A stretch of 64,000 nt of DNA from Podarcis filfolensis (Eukaryota): the NCBI GenBank assembly GCA_964270895.1, contig OZ185436.1, one strand, 5' to 3'. Within the stretch, counting starts at the first letter, position 1, and each line of letters starts with the position of its first letter. The position numbers and the translations under genes are program-made. The notes under the pieces are model-generated. The model was not told the origin of the DNA. It did no database searches and saw only the letters and a list, made by a program, of their open reading frames with translations. Below are positions 24,672 to 37,958 of the stretch, one piece after another.

Positions 24672-26940
24672 TCCTGATGTCTCAAGCTATATTTTGTCAG
24701 AAAACATGCTAATGCACAGGAAGGTCATTTCCTGTTTGATAACATTGCTGCTTTCTTTGATACCTGCAGTAGCAGGTAGCTGTGGCTGCTAAAACAGAGG
24801 TTCTTCCCCATGTTGAGAGACCAGGACAGTATCTCATGGCAGTCTTGCTGTGAACGTCAGGCAGGTTCTTCCAAGAGATGAGGATTTATGTTTTCCTCTC
24901 CTGCTATCTGATGTATACAAGCTCCGGACACTTGTGGCTGTCACCTGTATGAACACTGAGCAGTTGAAGTGAATAGTCTCCTCTTTCCCAATGAAGGTAT
25001 GTTACTGTCTGGCTAAGGTATGTTACTGTCTTGCTGAGGCAAGGGGGGTTGTTATCTTCAGAGAGTTCCAAAACAAATCCTACTTGTCGTTGCTCTTGCC
25101 CTCACCTGCAGTTTGTTCTGAGTTTATTACACCCTTTGCCAAAATGGAATATTATGGAGAAAAACAATACAAATAAGAATATTCAGAGCACTTAATGAGA
25201 CGAGCTAAGGACTTTTCCTCCCCACCCTCCAGATGTTGAGGATAGTCCTTACAACATATTGATAAAAGAAATACACTGCTGCTTTAAAATGTTTCTTAAA
25301 AGGGGGGAAAGAGGAGTATTTTGATAAATAAATAAATAAATAATCTCAATCTCCAAAGCTAATAAAACTGGAGATTAATTCTATGTGCCAGGGGTGTAAT
25401 AGCATATTGTCAAGTCCTGGGGCTCTTCTATACAATGGGAGAGCCCAATGAATTAATCAGTATTTATTGCTAAATTATTGTCCTTTTTCAATCTGTAGAT
25501 ATCTGATAACTGTTGGGGATTTGTTGCCACAGCCCCAGTGGAGGTGTTGTTAATTTATTTATGTATATAGTGTATGTTTGTTGATATGAAGCATTCTTTA
25601 TTTTGTATATGACCAATAAACATCTTTAAAGAGGCTGGTTCCTATGATATTACTGACTAAATTTAGACTGGCAGATTTGTTTCCTGTTGCTGACTGAACT
25701 GACTGAGGCTTGGTTGATTTCATGCAGGGAATGTACCTTTTCCCCCTGCTGTAGAAAAAAAAAACAAATTTGCTTCCTCTTAGGGACTTCCAAGACAATC
25801 CATTTTAGCACAATACTTGTGCAATTATTACCCATTTGTTGCAAGCAATCCAAGTAACTTCCTTCAGGTTTGCACTTCTGATGCCTTCTTCCCGCACTGG
25901 ATGGATATTTTCTACCTTTGTAAGTCTTTCTTCAATTAGCATATATGTTGCTGTTCTGCCTGCTGTGTGGAATTGTGTTGTCATCCCTCATGACATCAAA
26001 TAATTTTTTTTATACTTTTTTCCTTTTTTAAAAAAAGAACTGCATCCCCAGTTGTGCTGAGCACTTGGAACATTTCACTACTTAGAAAAAGTTTTAAAAG
26101 CATGAAGTCTGTTGCTTTCCTCATCCACTACCCTGCTATTTAAAAAAACAAAACACTCTTCATAAAAAAGAAACAATTCTTTGCTGATTTTATGCTGTTC
26201 AGTTGTAAAAAGCCAGTTGTAACTTTAAAAAAAAAAGACATTGCAGCAAAGCCATTTCCTTACTAAAGCAGACATAAGGTACTGCACTACTGGAGCTAGC
26301 GTTTGACTAGTATTAAGGATGATATTTAATTGCTTAAGAGAGTGGCTAGCTTTTGTATGGACATGCTCAGGTCCTTCAGTCCTATGTACATCTGGAGGTC
26401 AATCTAATTCTGTGTGATTGACTTACATGTAAATGGGCCAAGGATGGGGCCATAAATGCTGTTGACCTCTACTTTGTGATTCAGAAACAGGTCAAAGCAC
26501 AATACAAATGCCCATTTCTGTTCTCTTGTATTGGGTAAAATCAGAGCATCATAAACTCCCAGACCACTTAAAAATTATTGGTGGTTTTTACTCCACAGTG
26601 GATGTTGAGATGATGATGATTAATTCATCTACCACCCTTTGTGAAAGACCAAAGGGTTGTTTACAAAATAAAACATAAACAGTATATGTCAATATGCCAC
26701 ATGATAGTTACTTAAAGTACTGTAAAAGAGACATAATGAATTTGTTTTTGTAAATTAGCATGAGAAACAAATCATAATTAACAATGTCATGCATAAAACC
26801 TGTGCTATCACACCAGAATTCCATGTATTTTGGTTTAGGCCAGTGCTGCTTTCTGTCTGAAGGCAACAGTCCTTATTAGCCCCCCACTTCCCCATCAACA
26901 ATTTTCCAGACCTATTCCCCCCCGCCACTCAATTTTGAAA

Positions 26941-26946
26941 AATAAA
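26941..26946 (+). terminator. Candidate distal poly(A) signal of MAFG
   Basis: AATAAA followed by GT/T-rich sequence, before the SIRT7 CpG island. Other AATAAA hexamers occur earlier (for example about 19891, 21027, 22545), so the site actually used is unknown. Confidence 0.35.
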
Positions 26947-27759
26947 CCAAACAGACTAAGACTTATTTTAATGTGTTTATTATGATAAGTAATCCATGTG
27001 CCTGTGATAGGGTACTGACTTTGTGTGGCTTTTGCTTGCTCATGTCACAACGTTGTTTATAGTCCTGTTATGACATCTGGAATTACAGGGCAGAACTAGC
27101 TGCATAAGCTTCTACAGTGTATGGATGGCTCTGTCTCTCTTTGTCTCTCTTCTTTTAACTTGTGATATTCTATGTTTAACTGTAAGTGAGAAAGAGGGGA
27201 AATAAGCATAAGGGACAAAGGAAACTGTTTTATACAGTCAGATCATTAGACTATCTATCTCAATACAGTATTGTATACAGTACACTGACAGGCAGCAGCT
27301 CTCCAGCATTTCAGAAAGAAGCATTAACAGCCCTACCTGAAAATGCAGGGATCAAACCTGGGACTTTCTGCAGGTAGAACCGGGGGCGCTTGCTTTATAT
27401 ATGAAGGACCATGCTGGTAACAGCAAAGTCGCTGACTTACAGCATGGGGCTTTCATTTCTGCTGTAATTAAAAAAGAAAAGCTTGTGTCCAGCTATAGCA
27501 GCAAGGATGTGCACGGCTTATAGGGTATAATAAGGAACATTTGACAGCTGTCAAATAAGAGAGGGTCAATTGCTCACTTTCTCTGCCTTCCTTAGATCAT
27601 TTTCTGATGCTGCCAATTGTATAGAAATGACCAGATCTGCGCAGTTGCCTCGATTTCTGATTTCCCATTGGGGAAAAAGTAATCACAGAAAACTGGTGCT
27701 TCACAGCAGTTATGAATGCCAGCTGTTGACTCCTTTAGCTGTAATTTCTTGCTCGACCG

Positions 27760-29050
27760 TCAGGACCGTCAGGACTGTTAGACAAAATGCTCAGATTGTA
27801 TCAGCCAACAGTTCAAGGGCTTAAAACCTCGGTCCCCTCTTTCGGGAAAACGGCAGGAGGGGAGGTGAATATCAAATCTGAGAAGGACCTGGCCAGAACT
27901 AGCGCAGCTCCGGCGCGCCTAAGGTTGGAAAGTACTCGGCTGCCACCGCTCTTTCCACCTCAATGCCAACGCGGAGCAGCGAGATTCTAGCGGAAAGATC
28001 CCGGGAAGAGGCGGGCGTCAGGCTAGCCCGAATGCGGACCGGCGCTTTCGATCTACTCGGAAAATGAGAGCCTCCGGCGCTTTCTCCAGCCGGAGGAGTG
28101 AAAGCCGCCATGGGCTGCGAGTCTCTCTTCACGGAAAGAGATGGCTGTAGAGCGTCGTCGTTCTGGCATCTCTATGGCGGAACCCTTGTAGCTATTGGAC
28201 CGGAAGTTCCGGCGAGCAGCCTCGTTGGCCCTTCTGGCCTCCTTTGTGAGGAGTTCTGACAGCGAGTCTCGTCACCTTCTGTCTCTCTGAATGGCCGCAA
28301 AGTAAGGGCACTCTAGCTTCCTCGTCGCTGCTCCGGGAGGCCGGAAGCGGAAATAGCGGAAACCACCGGCAGGGCCAGTTGGTACCCGGAAGCCACCGGG
28401 ACGATGGCGGCGGGTTGGAGTTTGAGCCGCTCGGAACGGAAAGCGGCGGCTCGTGCCGAGTTCCTCCGGCAGGAAGAGCAGCGGGAGCGACGGAGACAGG
28501 TACCGGACCTGCGGTTGGGGCGAGGGGCTTGTGGGTCTCTGTAGCGCTTGTGGGCGCCGGTGTTTCTGCCTTGCGCCCACGCCCCCTCCTTCCCCATCAA
28601 CCGCCCCCTTCCTCTGTCTCTCTCTCCCTCTCCGTCTCTTTCTCCCCCGCCGTTCGGCGCCAGGTGTCGCGGATCCTGCGCAAACCGGCGGCCGAGCGGA
28701 GCCCCGACGAGGCTGTGCTGCTCTCCGGCTGTCAGGAGATCGTCCGGGATCTGGAGCGACTTGGCAAGAAGCGCGAGAGGCTGCGGCGGCGGCTGGAGGA
28801 GGTGTGTGCGCCTTGCTAACTATGTCCCCCTCGATGCGTAAACGAGCGCGAGTGAGTACGGAGGAAAGAGGGTTTCTCGGCGGGGCAGCCACGTCAGTCG
28901 CTCGCCGGCGACAGAAGCAACACCGAGTCACGCTTGGGGCACCCAAAGTGGGCGCTAGTCTGCAAACGAGCCTGTTAGCCTTTACGGTGCTACGGCGACG
29001 CTTCACTTTTGTTGGGATTAGAGTGAACGAGTGAGCTAGTGAGAAGGACG
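27760..29050 (+). promoter_or_regulatory. SIRT7: CpG island/promoter of SIRT7
   Basis: CpG-rich block spanning exons 1-2, with several ETS/GABP-type CCGGAAG motifs (about 28200, 28342, 28386) and YY1-like ATGGCGGC motifs. Confidence 0.8.
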
Positions 29051-32000
29051 GAGGGGATGAGCATCTGGTATTACCCATGTATACATTTATCTTGCTTGTT
29101 CAGCTACTACCTGCTGGTGACAAAACACACAGTGGAAAGTATGTGGCCTGCTTAAGAAATACGTTGTCCAAAGTAAATTCTTTCCAACACCGCTTAGTGT
29201 ATATTCGTGGCTTGCCTAGGCCTCTGATTATTCTTTTTTTACTACCTGACAAAACTTATTCAATTCAATTTTTTTAATTTAATATATTTAGGCTGTTTTT
29301 CTGGGCAAATGTCCATCCATGGCAGCTTGTGGTCAAAACCTATATACACTAAGAACTATCCTTTAACAGCAACCCCCACCCCCACCCGTTTTTTAAAGCA
29401 GAACCAGGAAGAATATATTTCAGTCAGACCATTACCTATATATGTCATATTTGGAAGACCAGTTGAAAAGTGAAAAGTGTTTCTGAAAACCCTGCAGTGT
29501 AATTTGACTGAGGGCTTTATTTTCCTATAGACAGGGGAGCCAGTTGCTGTTAGAGTAGCATTTAGGTTGGCTTTCAGTTGTTACAAAATCAAATTTCTGC
29601 TACAATCCAAAGCTGATTTGGTCCATGTGCTTGAAAGTAAGTTTTGTTACATCAGAATGCCTTCTAAAGAAAAATGTTTAGGGTTAATGCTCTTGTTAGC
29701 CATCTCCTTGTTCTTGATGAGCTGGTCTCCCCTCACTTATTCCCACATGTCATTAATGTATCCTGTTTCTGACATGTAAGATGTTTCTACTGAAGCTCTT
29801 ACTTCTATTTAATGTCCTCCTTTACAAAGCTTGTAGAGTTGAGGACAAAAGAAAGAGAGCAAAGGAAAGAGACTAAAAGACATGGCTGAGTTTATGTCAT
29901 GTGATTAGAATTGTACAGGGCTTAGCTGAAGTGGTCCTTTGGAAATAATTTCAGTCCCTCATTCATCCACTCTTAGGTTTGTGATGAACCTGAAGAGTTG
30001 AAAAGAAAAGTCAGTAAGCTCTCTGCAGCTGTGCAGGGAGCAAAGCATCTCATCATTTACACAGGAGCTGGCATCAGTACGGTAAGACTGTGTGGTTGGC
30101 TGTTCTAAAATCACCTGGTACAAGATCCTATAGTGGTTTGTATTTATTAGTGTGTGGCTACACATTATGTTCACCATGCAAGAGCAGTCCAGCTCTGACT
30201 GTTGAGAATCCTGTAGGCTCCCTCAGCAACAGATAAATATAGAAGAAACTGTATTCAAACTACTTTTGTTCCCTCCTAGGGACAATTACCTGTTAATGAG
30301 AGAGGTAAGCAAAAATAAAACCAGCTTTTTCATCCATGCATGTTTGATTGTGATTCCTGTCCAGTGTTCTCTGTCTGTTGGTTGGGGAGTTTGCAGAACA
30401 AGAAGAGCTAGACTGCTCTCTTGTGGTGAGTATAACATGTAGTGTGACTCTTGATGTGAGTTGGGCCACATTCACAAGTGAAACAGAACAACTGTTTTGA
30501 ACTTATGAAAATAGTTTGTTGTAGTATTGTTAACAGCTTTCTTATTTAGAGGTAGGGAAGAGGCACTCCCAATCTGAAGTATGAGAAATGTGGATACTGA
30601 GATGATGGAACAACTGTTTTGAATGTATGCAGGAAAATGGGAAGCTGTCTTATATGCAGTCATAGAATTGGTGTGTCTAGCTCAGTATTGCCTATTCTTT
30701 TTGTAAGCTGATTTGGGTTTTTTCTACTATCAAATGGTATATAGATTTCATGAAATAAATAAATATACTGACTGACAGCGACTTTTCAGCACTTCAGATG
30801 AGACTTTTGTAGCCCAATTGAAGCTGTGACCTTTTGCATGCCAGGCACAGGTGGTGGTGACAACATTGTGGAGTTGCATGAAATACTGATTTCAGGATTT
30901 CAGAAGCATTTTTAACTGATTGGGTGGGAATTCTGGTGTCTCAGAATTCATCTGATTTTGCATTGGATAGTTAATTAGTTGCCTGACCCCCTTTGAGATA
31001 GATTAAGGTTTTGCTATAGAAGAGGTTGTGTTAGAACTACTCTGGATAATAAGTGGGTGACATGCTAAATACGTTAAAGGAACGCCAGTTTTAACTGTCA
31101 CTTTGATTCCTCGTGTCTCAGAGAAACAACTAGCATTTTGCATGCCCACCTAAGAACCAGCCTACATAGCCAGTCTGCATATTATGTTGCTTCATGTTAA
31201 GGAACATGTCTCTTTCAATCTAGAATACAGAAGACTCCTTTCAGAAAGCTGTCTCTAACAGGAAAGATGCAGAATCATCATGTTCTTGCCTCTGGCTGTC
31301 CCATGTTATTGGGAAGAAAAGAGCATTTTATCAGACTTGCCTTTGGCAAAGCAGCTGTTGGACAGTGGGTGATGCTGTTTGGCTGGCTGGGTTTTTCCAT
31401 TCTGTTATGTTGTGCAACTACCCTATTTTTTCATGTACAAGACGAGGATTATTTATTTTAAAATTAAGTTAAAATTTGGGGTTCATCTTATACACGGATA
31501 GCACAGTGTGGTGACGGGCGATAGGTTGCTGCGGCTTGAAGGAAATTGTCATCTTTGATTGGGTGGTTGATTGGTGGATGCGGCAAGATCTGTTGTGGCT
31601 TTGCTGCTGCTGTGGCAATTTGGCGGGCAATTGGTGAGTGCTCTTGGTGACCGTGCTTATGATTGATGTCATCGGCAATGCGTGAGAATGTCTAACAATA
31701 CAGTTATTGTTCTATAAGCTCTGTAACTGGGCAATCCCCCTCAAAAAAAAACCTCAACAACTCTGGGCAATCCTCCCCCCAAAAAGCTTAACAACTCTTG
31801 GCAATCTCCTCCCATTTTCTTAATTTGGAGTCCCCAAAAATAGGGGGCGTCTTATCCACAGGGGCGTATACTGTATATACATGGAAAAATAATCTGCCTT
31901 AGCAGTTTGGGAGGCAGAAGAGCAGGGCAGATGAATCACATGTTTGCCATGTGAGCAGCATATGAACCTTAAGTGCCCTAGCTAGGAAGAAGCTTGGAAT

Positions 32001-34968
32001 AAGATTTTTCCTGATGGAGGAAAATGTTGAGGCCATTTCTCAGGCAGATTTCAGTATGGTGTTAGTTGACCGATTGGGGTAGGTGCTTGCATCATGAAGG
32101 GCCTTCAGTTTTGGATGATGGTAGCAGTGGAGAGATGTCAGAGCAGGAGACTATGGGGGTTGGCAGGGCTTTTAGGATGTGACAGACAAAGTTGCTGATG
32201 AGTGTGGCTGTGTATTGCTGAAGGTCCATTTTCTCTTATGTCTCCTGGTAACACAGGCAGCCTCAATTCCTGACTACAGAGGCCCTAATGGGGTGTGGAC
32301 AATGCTGCAGAAAGGGAGGAGTATCAGGTAACCAAAACTTGACCGTTTAGATGCTTGCCTGGTGCTTGGGAAATTTCTTAGAAGATCTTTTCCACCTCAT
32401 CAGAGAAGGCTCCACTGGAACATGTGAGATTGACTACTGTTATTTAATACAGTTTTTCTCTCCACTTGCCAGGGCTGTGGATCTGAGTGAGGCAGAGCCC
32501 ACACTCACCCACATGAGCATCGCCTGTTTGCACAACCACAAACTGGTAAGGCTGCATATTAGTCAATCCTATACTCCCAGGGGTAAAAAAAGATGGCACC
32601 AGTGGGGAACATAGTTGAGGCATTAAATGTGAAATGGATATTATGTCTGGAGAATCTGGGATGCTGGAGAGCCTCTCAGTGCAGAGGATAAAGCCATGCA
32701 CAAATACTGTATTGTTAGACAAAGTGAATCAGACATGGGGCTTAGAGTAGCAGGAAGATAGACAGTCTTTGTATGTGTGTTGGAGGCTGGCACTTAGGAC
32801 TCCGAAAATGAACCTCCCTGTTAGTTACTTGGTTCCTGCACAGGATTGAATTATAGGTTGAACTGATAGCACATAAATAGATATTACTTGCTGTAAAAGG
32901 CAGCAGAAATCCATGAAGAATTAACAGGTTTGTGGCATATTGTATGGGAGGTTTATAGGCTGCTTAACACACTCTGTACTTTCTAGGTTACTTTAAAAGG
33001 CTGCGGTATGACACTGTATATTGACAGCACCATAGAAGTGATGCTGCATGTGGGTTACAAATACATAGCGTTAATTTTGGTGCACTCCTTCAAGAGCTGT
33101 CTGCTTTTGAAAGCAATTTCTTAAATTAGGAAATGATGGATTCTGTACCAGTCTGCGAAACCACCCAACTTGTTGATGATATTCTCTCATTTTGAATACA
33201 AGGCTATGCTGTCTTTTATCATTAACTCTGCTACTTTCGCTAACTGGCACCTCAAATAGAGGTGAGACCATAGTGCTCACTCCTATTGAGCAGTTATTGT
33301 CCACCCATGCTTTATCAGGCAACCACATTTAGCCACTGTCTCTGCGTTCCTGCCAATCAGCTATATCTCCTCCAGCTGTTTTGGCAGAGCAGTGAGAAAG
33401 GGAGGGGAAGGTTGGCTATTTAACATGCAAACTGTGCAGATCATATCTTAACTGCTGATAAAGGGAAACAAGAAGTGACTTGCTTTTAACTCTACTTTCT
33501 CCATGCTTAACACTCTTATTTTTCCCTGTTTAGGTAAAGCATGTGGTGTCACAAAACTGTGATGGGCTCCACTTGCGCAGTGGGCTCCCTCGGGAAGCCC
33601 TATCTGAGCTGCATGGAAACATGTATATAGAGGTGAGCATATGCAGAGAGCGGGGCTTGGTGTACCATTGTACCATAGGGAATGATAACACAGATTCTGT
33701 GCTTCCATTCAAAATTAGGTTTGCACATCCTGCACACCCAATCGTGAATACGTGCGAGTGTTTGACGTGACAGAGCGCACAGCCTTGCACAGGCATCATA
33801 CCGGCAGAGTGTGCCACAAATGTGGGGCACAACTAAGAGATACAATTGTACACTTTGGGGAGAAGGGCATCTTGCAGCAGCCTTTGAACTGGGAGGCAGC
33901 AATAGAGGCTGCAAGCAAAGCAGATGTGATCCTGTGCTTGGGATCTAGCTTGAAGGTAAGGCAGGGGAAAATGTTATTTGATGTACAACTGCACTATACT
34001 CTGTAATGGTTTTATTTCAAAAATTCTAGAATGATATTGGAATTGACAGACTGACACCTCAATTTTTAGTCTTTAAAGTTTATTGTGAAAGTGTTTGCAA
34101 AAATAGAAGTTGCTGCAACTTGGGCACAAATATGTATGTATTTCCCCTTTTGGAGCTTCTTAGAAATGTAACAAAAGAAGTTTCTGTAACATAGGCACAA
34201 ATATGTATGTATTTCCTCCTTTGGAGCTTCTTAGAAATGTAACAATAGAATCCTTTGAGAATATTTTCCTGTCTCATTGGTTATAGCCAAATATATGTCA
34301 GGGGAAGGTTATGGAAACAGATTTCAAATATCTGGTCAAAGATAGGAAGCTCTTTAAAAAATTAAGTCTGAAAAGGCAAGCGTTTCATAAAGCAACTTGG
34401 TTTGTATGAATGTCTTGGCTTGCATTCCCCCCCCCCCCTTTCAATTAGAGATTAAAAAAGGAGTGGGAAACCTTTGGCCCTACAGACATTGGTGAACTGC
34501 AATTCCCATCAGCTCTAGCAAGCATGGCTGATGGCCAGGGATGGTGAGAGTTGTAGTTCAGCAACATCCGGTGAGCCAAATGTCCCCAAACCTGGATTAA
34601 AGCAAGGATGTATACAGTTAAGTGGTTCATAGCTGAATGACCCAATAAAGTTTCCCAATAAGGCAGTTTGTATTATTTCAACATGTTAGTGTTTGCCTCT
34701 CTATGTAAATGTGAAGTGTAAGAATGAACTAAAGGATACCTGAATTGGCCTTATACCATATTTGAGTAGTTCGCTATTTTTTAAATATAATCATATAAAT
34801 CCAGAATGCATATTCTGGATCTCTTACAGTTAAAATACAGTAGACCCATAACTTGTGGTGGTGGTGGGATTGTGTTCCAAGCATAGCACATAAAGCCAAA
34901 ATTGCATACAGTCAAAACACGGGAATGTCAAAGGTTTCCTGGACACCTCCATCATCATCATCATCATC

Positions 34969-35007
<39 letters not shown>

Positions 35008-37683
35008 TAATTGCCAAGGGTGTCAAGCTGAATGCGCACAAGTTAAATGTGCATAACTTGCAGGTCTGCTGTATAGCTTTATTGCTGTTAGATCCTGACA
35101 CTCGCTAGAGAGCGCAATAAGGAAAGGCCCATCTAGTCCAGCATGCTTTGCAACAATCCCAGTAACTAGCTGTTACTAGATGTTCCATCAGGAATTGGCC
35201 AGTGTTTTACCAAAGGATCATGTCCTGCTTACACTTCTCCCCATCCATCGCCATACTTTAGGGTGTTTTGAGAAAGTATTTTAAGTTTAGAAAGTGTTTC
35301 ATGTTTCTTGCCAAGTGGGACTGTAGTCCTAGGTACATTTCCCTGGGAGGAAGCCGCATTGGAGCTTGACGCCTAGGCCTGTTTTACTGTACGACTTCCG
35401 TCTAGCTGAGGTAATAGCTAGCTGAGGTGACTGCTAGTTATGTGTATTTTAATAGTTGCAATACCTGCAAAAGTGTTTGGTTCGAGTCTTTTGGGCATGC
35501 TAGCCATTGGACTAGAAATAGGATCCATTAATTTTTAGCAAAAGCCTGTGTGTTGCCCACCATCACTCCAGACAGTACACTTCAGATGTTTACTGGGACT
35601 GGTCATTTGCATTTGATAGAAATTCTGCTACAGATGTTGAATCCTGCAAAAGCCTTGGCAACCATGTAATCCTGGAAGTTGGTACCAGAAGACTGTTCCT
35701 GCTTCCCACATCCCTTCTAAGTAGTTTGCAGTAGGCATTGGTTAAAGCTGAACACAAATGACTAAAGATGAACTGTGTTGCCAAGTATCTCAAAGTTTGA
35801 GACTCCTTCCCTCTTCTAGCACTGATGAATATTTTGGTTGTGTTGTCCTTCTCACAACAGGTTTTGAAGAAGTATCCACATTTGTGGTGCATGAGCAAAC
35901 CACCCAGACACCGCCCTAAACTCTACATTGTAAATCTCCAGGTTAGTTTGAGCCTTGTCATTTATGGGCAGAGCAATTTGCTCTGGTGATATATGCAAGT
36001 GTATATGATTACTTTAGTTGCTTCCATGTGTTTATAGGGTAGGAACAAAGTTCAAGGTTTATTCCGTCATGCAGCTGGACAAATTTTGTGCATTATCAAA
36101 AAATTGCGCAATGTGAAATATGTTTTTGTGCAGTTGGGCATATGGGATTGAATAAAGAGCTAAGTAGTTTCTAAAAGAGAAATAGATAAGAAAAGAAATG
36201 TTTAGGTTTAAAGGATATACAAAAAATAAGCACTTGACGTGTCTGAGTAGAATGTATGGTAATGAATGTAACATCCCTATGGACCAAAACTCTCTTCATT
36301 GAATTGGTCCATGGCTGATAACACACTCCTATTCCATGTTGTCACCGGCAACCTCAGCAGCACCAGCTAGCAAGGGGGCTGCAGGGCGGAGCTCTTCAGC
36401 TCTGCTCGCTGATAGGTTGGAATGAAGCGGCAATAGCTTGGCGACCTTCCCGAGTGGCAGTTGCGGTGCCCCATAAGCATCGAGCATGGCAGAGAGTGGG
36501 ACTGGGAATTAATCAGGAGCAAGTATCTTTGTTAAAGCCCATGCAGAGGGCTCCGTAGCAACCAGCCGTTGCCCAAATCTGCTCCTCAGTCTGCCCAGGT
36601 GAACATTGGGAGATTTTCTGGGTCAGGGAGCGCTCGTTTTTTTTAATCTTGAATTTTTGTGCCCAGGGCAAAATCCCCTGTGGCCCCATCCATGCTATGC
36701 CACTGCCTAGAAGCCATCTGGTGGATTCCTATTTATCATTGGTTGAAAGTAATTCTGTAACAAGCCCATATTGTCAGATTTCAAATAAATTTTTATGTTG
36801 TTCACATGTTTATATTGAAGTTTTGTTCCTTTGCCATGGGATAAACATGTTACCAACGTTTTTACAATAAAAGTGAAAACCTAGTACGTGACACATGAGG
36901 ATCATTGTGAATGTCATGGTAGCAGTGCTAAGTCAGTTCACTTCATTCACAGTATTACTGTTCTGTCTACAGTGGACACCAAAAGATGATCTGGCAGCCC
37001 TGAAACTTCATGGGAAATGTGATGATGTGATGAAGCTATTGATGGATGAGCTGGGGCTTCCCATCCCTTGCTATGACAGGTCAGCAAAGATAATGCTTGG
37101 CTTGAGCACTGTGCCCTTATGCACTAATACTTCACTCTTGTAGATAGTTGCAGATTTTTGAATGAGCAGATGCTAAATGTAGGCTCTTCTACATTTAATC
37201 TAAATGTTGGTTCTTGTCTGCTTATACAATATCATATATGGAGGTTTATAATTAAATATAGCTTCTTGTTTCTTCATAATGTGATGTAATTTAAACATGG
37301 CTTGTATCAGGAAAGAAATATGCACTGAACATACTTGCACTTGTGAGGACTTGCAGCCCAGCCCTGTTTTACTGGAGTATATCATGCATGGTTCTAAACA
37401 CACCCTTTCACTTGATACTTGGGCTTTATGGTAATTCTCTGCGTGCTGCAAACTTAATATTACATATTATTGTGCTTGCAGAACAAAGGACCCCATTTTC
37501 TCTTTGGCTGTTCCTCTGCAACCTGAAGAAGAAGGCAGTCATAGCAGGAGAGCTGTGGCTCCACCAGTAGGTCTTCATGAAGTGCAGCTGGGAGAGCAAC
37601 AGCAGACACCCGTGGGACCCCTTTCTGGCGGATGGTTTGGCAGGGGCTGTGCAAAAGGCACCAAGAAAAGAAAAGTGTCTTGA
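28404..37683 (+). CDS. SIRT7: NAD-dependent protein deacylase sirtuin-7, 402 aa; exons 28404-28499, 28664-28801, 29977-30081, 32257-32327, 32473-32545, 33534-33632, 33719-33955, 35861-35941, 36973-37079, 37482-37683
   Basis: All introns are GT-AG and phases are consistent; the total is 1209 nt. Motifs present: [15 protein letters not shown] start, YTGAGIST and [15 protein letters not shown] (NAD binding), [15 protein letters not shown] (catalytic His), CTSC/CHKC zinc ligands, [10 protein letters not shown], and a basic C-terminus [18 protein letters not shown]. Confidence 0.97.
31419..31892. mobile_element. Probable non-autonomous Tc1/mariner-type element with internal tandem repeats
   Basis: The left end taccctattttttcatgtacaagacg is roughly complementary to the right end cgtcttat...tacatggaaaaata. 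It contains three ~35-bp units ctgggcaatc..aaaaa..caacaact at about 31727-31812. Confidence 0.55.
34123..34250. repeat. 71-bp-period tandem duplication in SIRT7 intron 7
   Basis: ggcacaaatatgtatgtatttcc..ggagcttcttagaaatgtaacaa occurs at 34123 and 34194. Confidence 0.9.
34459..34594. mobile_element. Degenerate hairpin hAT-type MITE; relatives at about 2620-2704, 46753-46891, 56641-56760, 58256-58384, 58433-58545, 60545-60682, 61318-61425
   Basis: Shared core actacaactcccatca...gatgggagttgtagt with imperfect inverted arms. Confidence 0.65.
34950..35007. repeat. Microsatellite (CAT)n(TATCAT)n(TAT)n
   Basis: Directly visible. Confidence 0.95.
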
Positions 37684-37939
37684 TAATGGAATTATAAGGG
37701 TGTTGTTTTTTTTAACCTTGAGGACCAACTGAAGTTGCTAAAATCAGGACAAGACCTTACAACTGCACTGGATTTGACCAGAACTTCTGGGCTAACTGGA
37801 AAAACACAGCTGCTATTTTCATAATGTTTTGTATAACTACTCAGTTTGTAAACAGAGGCTGAAGCCTAGCTTGGTTTCTGCTGTGGCTGAGGAGAGGTTG
37901 GTGTTTAATACTCAGGGCTGTCAATTATTAAATATTATT

Positions 37940-37958
37940 AATAAAATAAAACAATAAA
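37940..37958 (+). terminator. SIRT7 poly(A) signal cluster
   Basis: Overlapping AATAAAATAAAACAATAAA about 260 nt after the stop codon, followed by GT-rich sequence. Confidence 0.65.

Noticed and set aside
28272-29078. 268-aa antisense ORF and a 193-aa sense ORF across SIRT7 exons 1-2
   Set aside because: CpG-island artefacts with no recognisable homology, overlapping real exons in other frames.
31727-31812. Three spaced ~35-bp repeats superficially like a CRISPR array
   Set aside because: Degenerate tandem units without unique spacers, inside a vertebrate intronic transposon.
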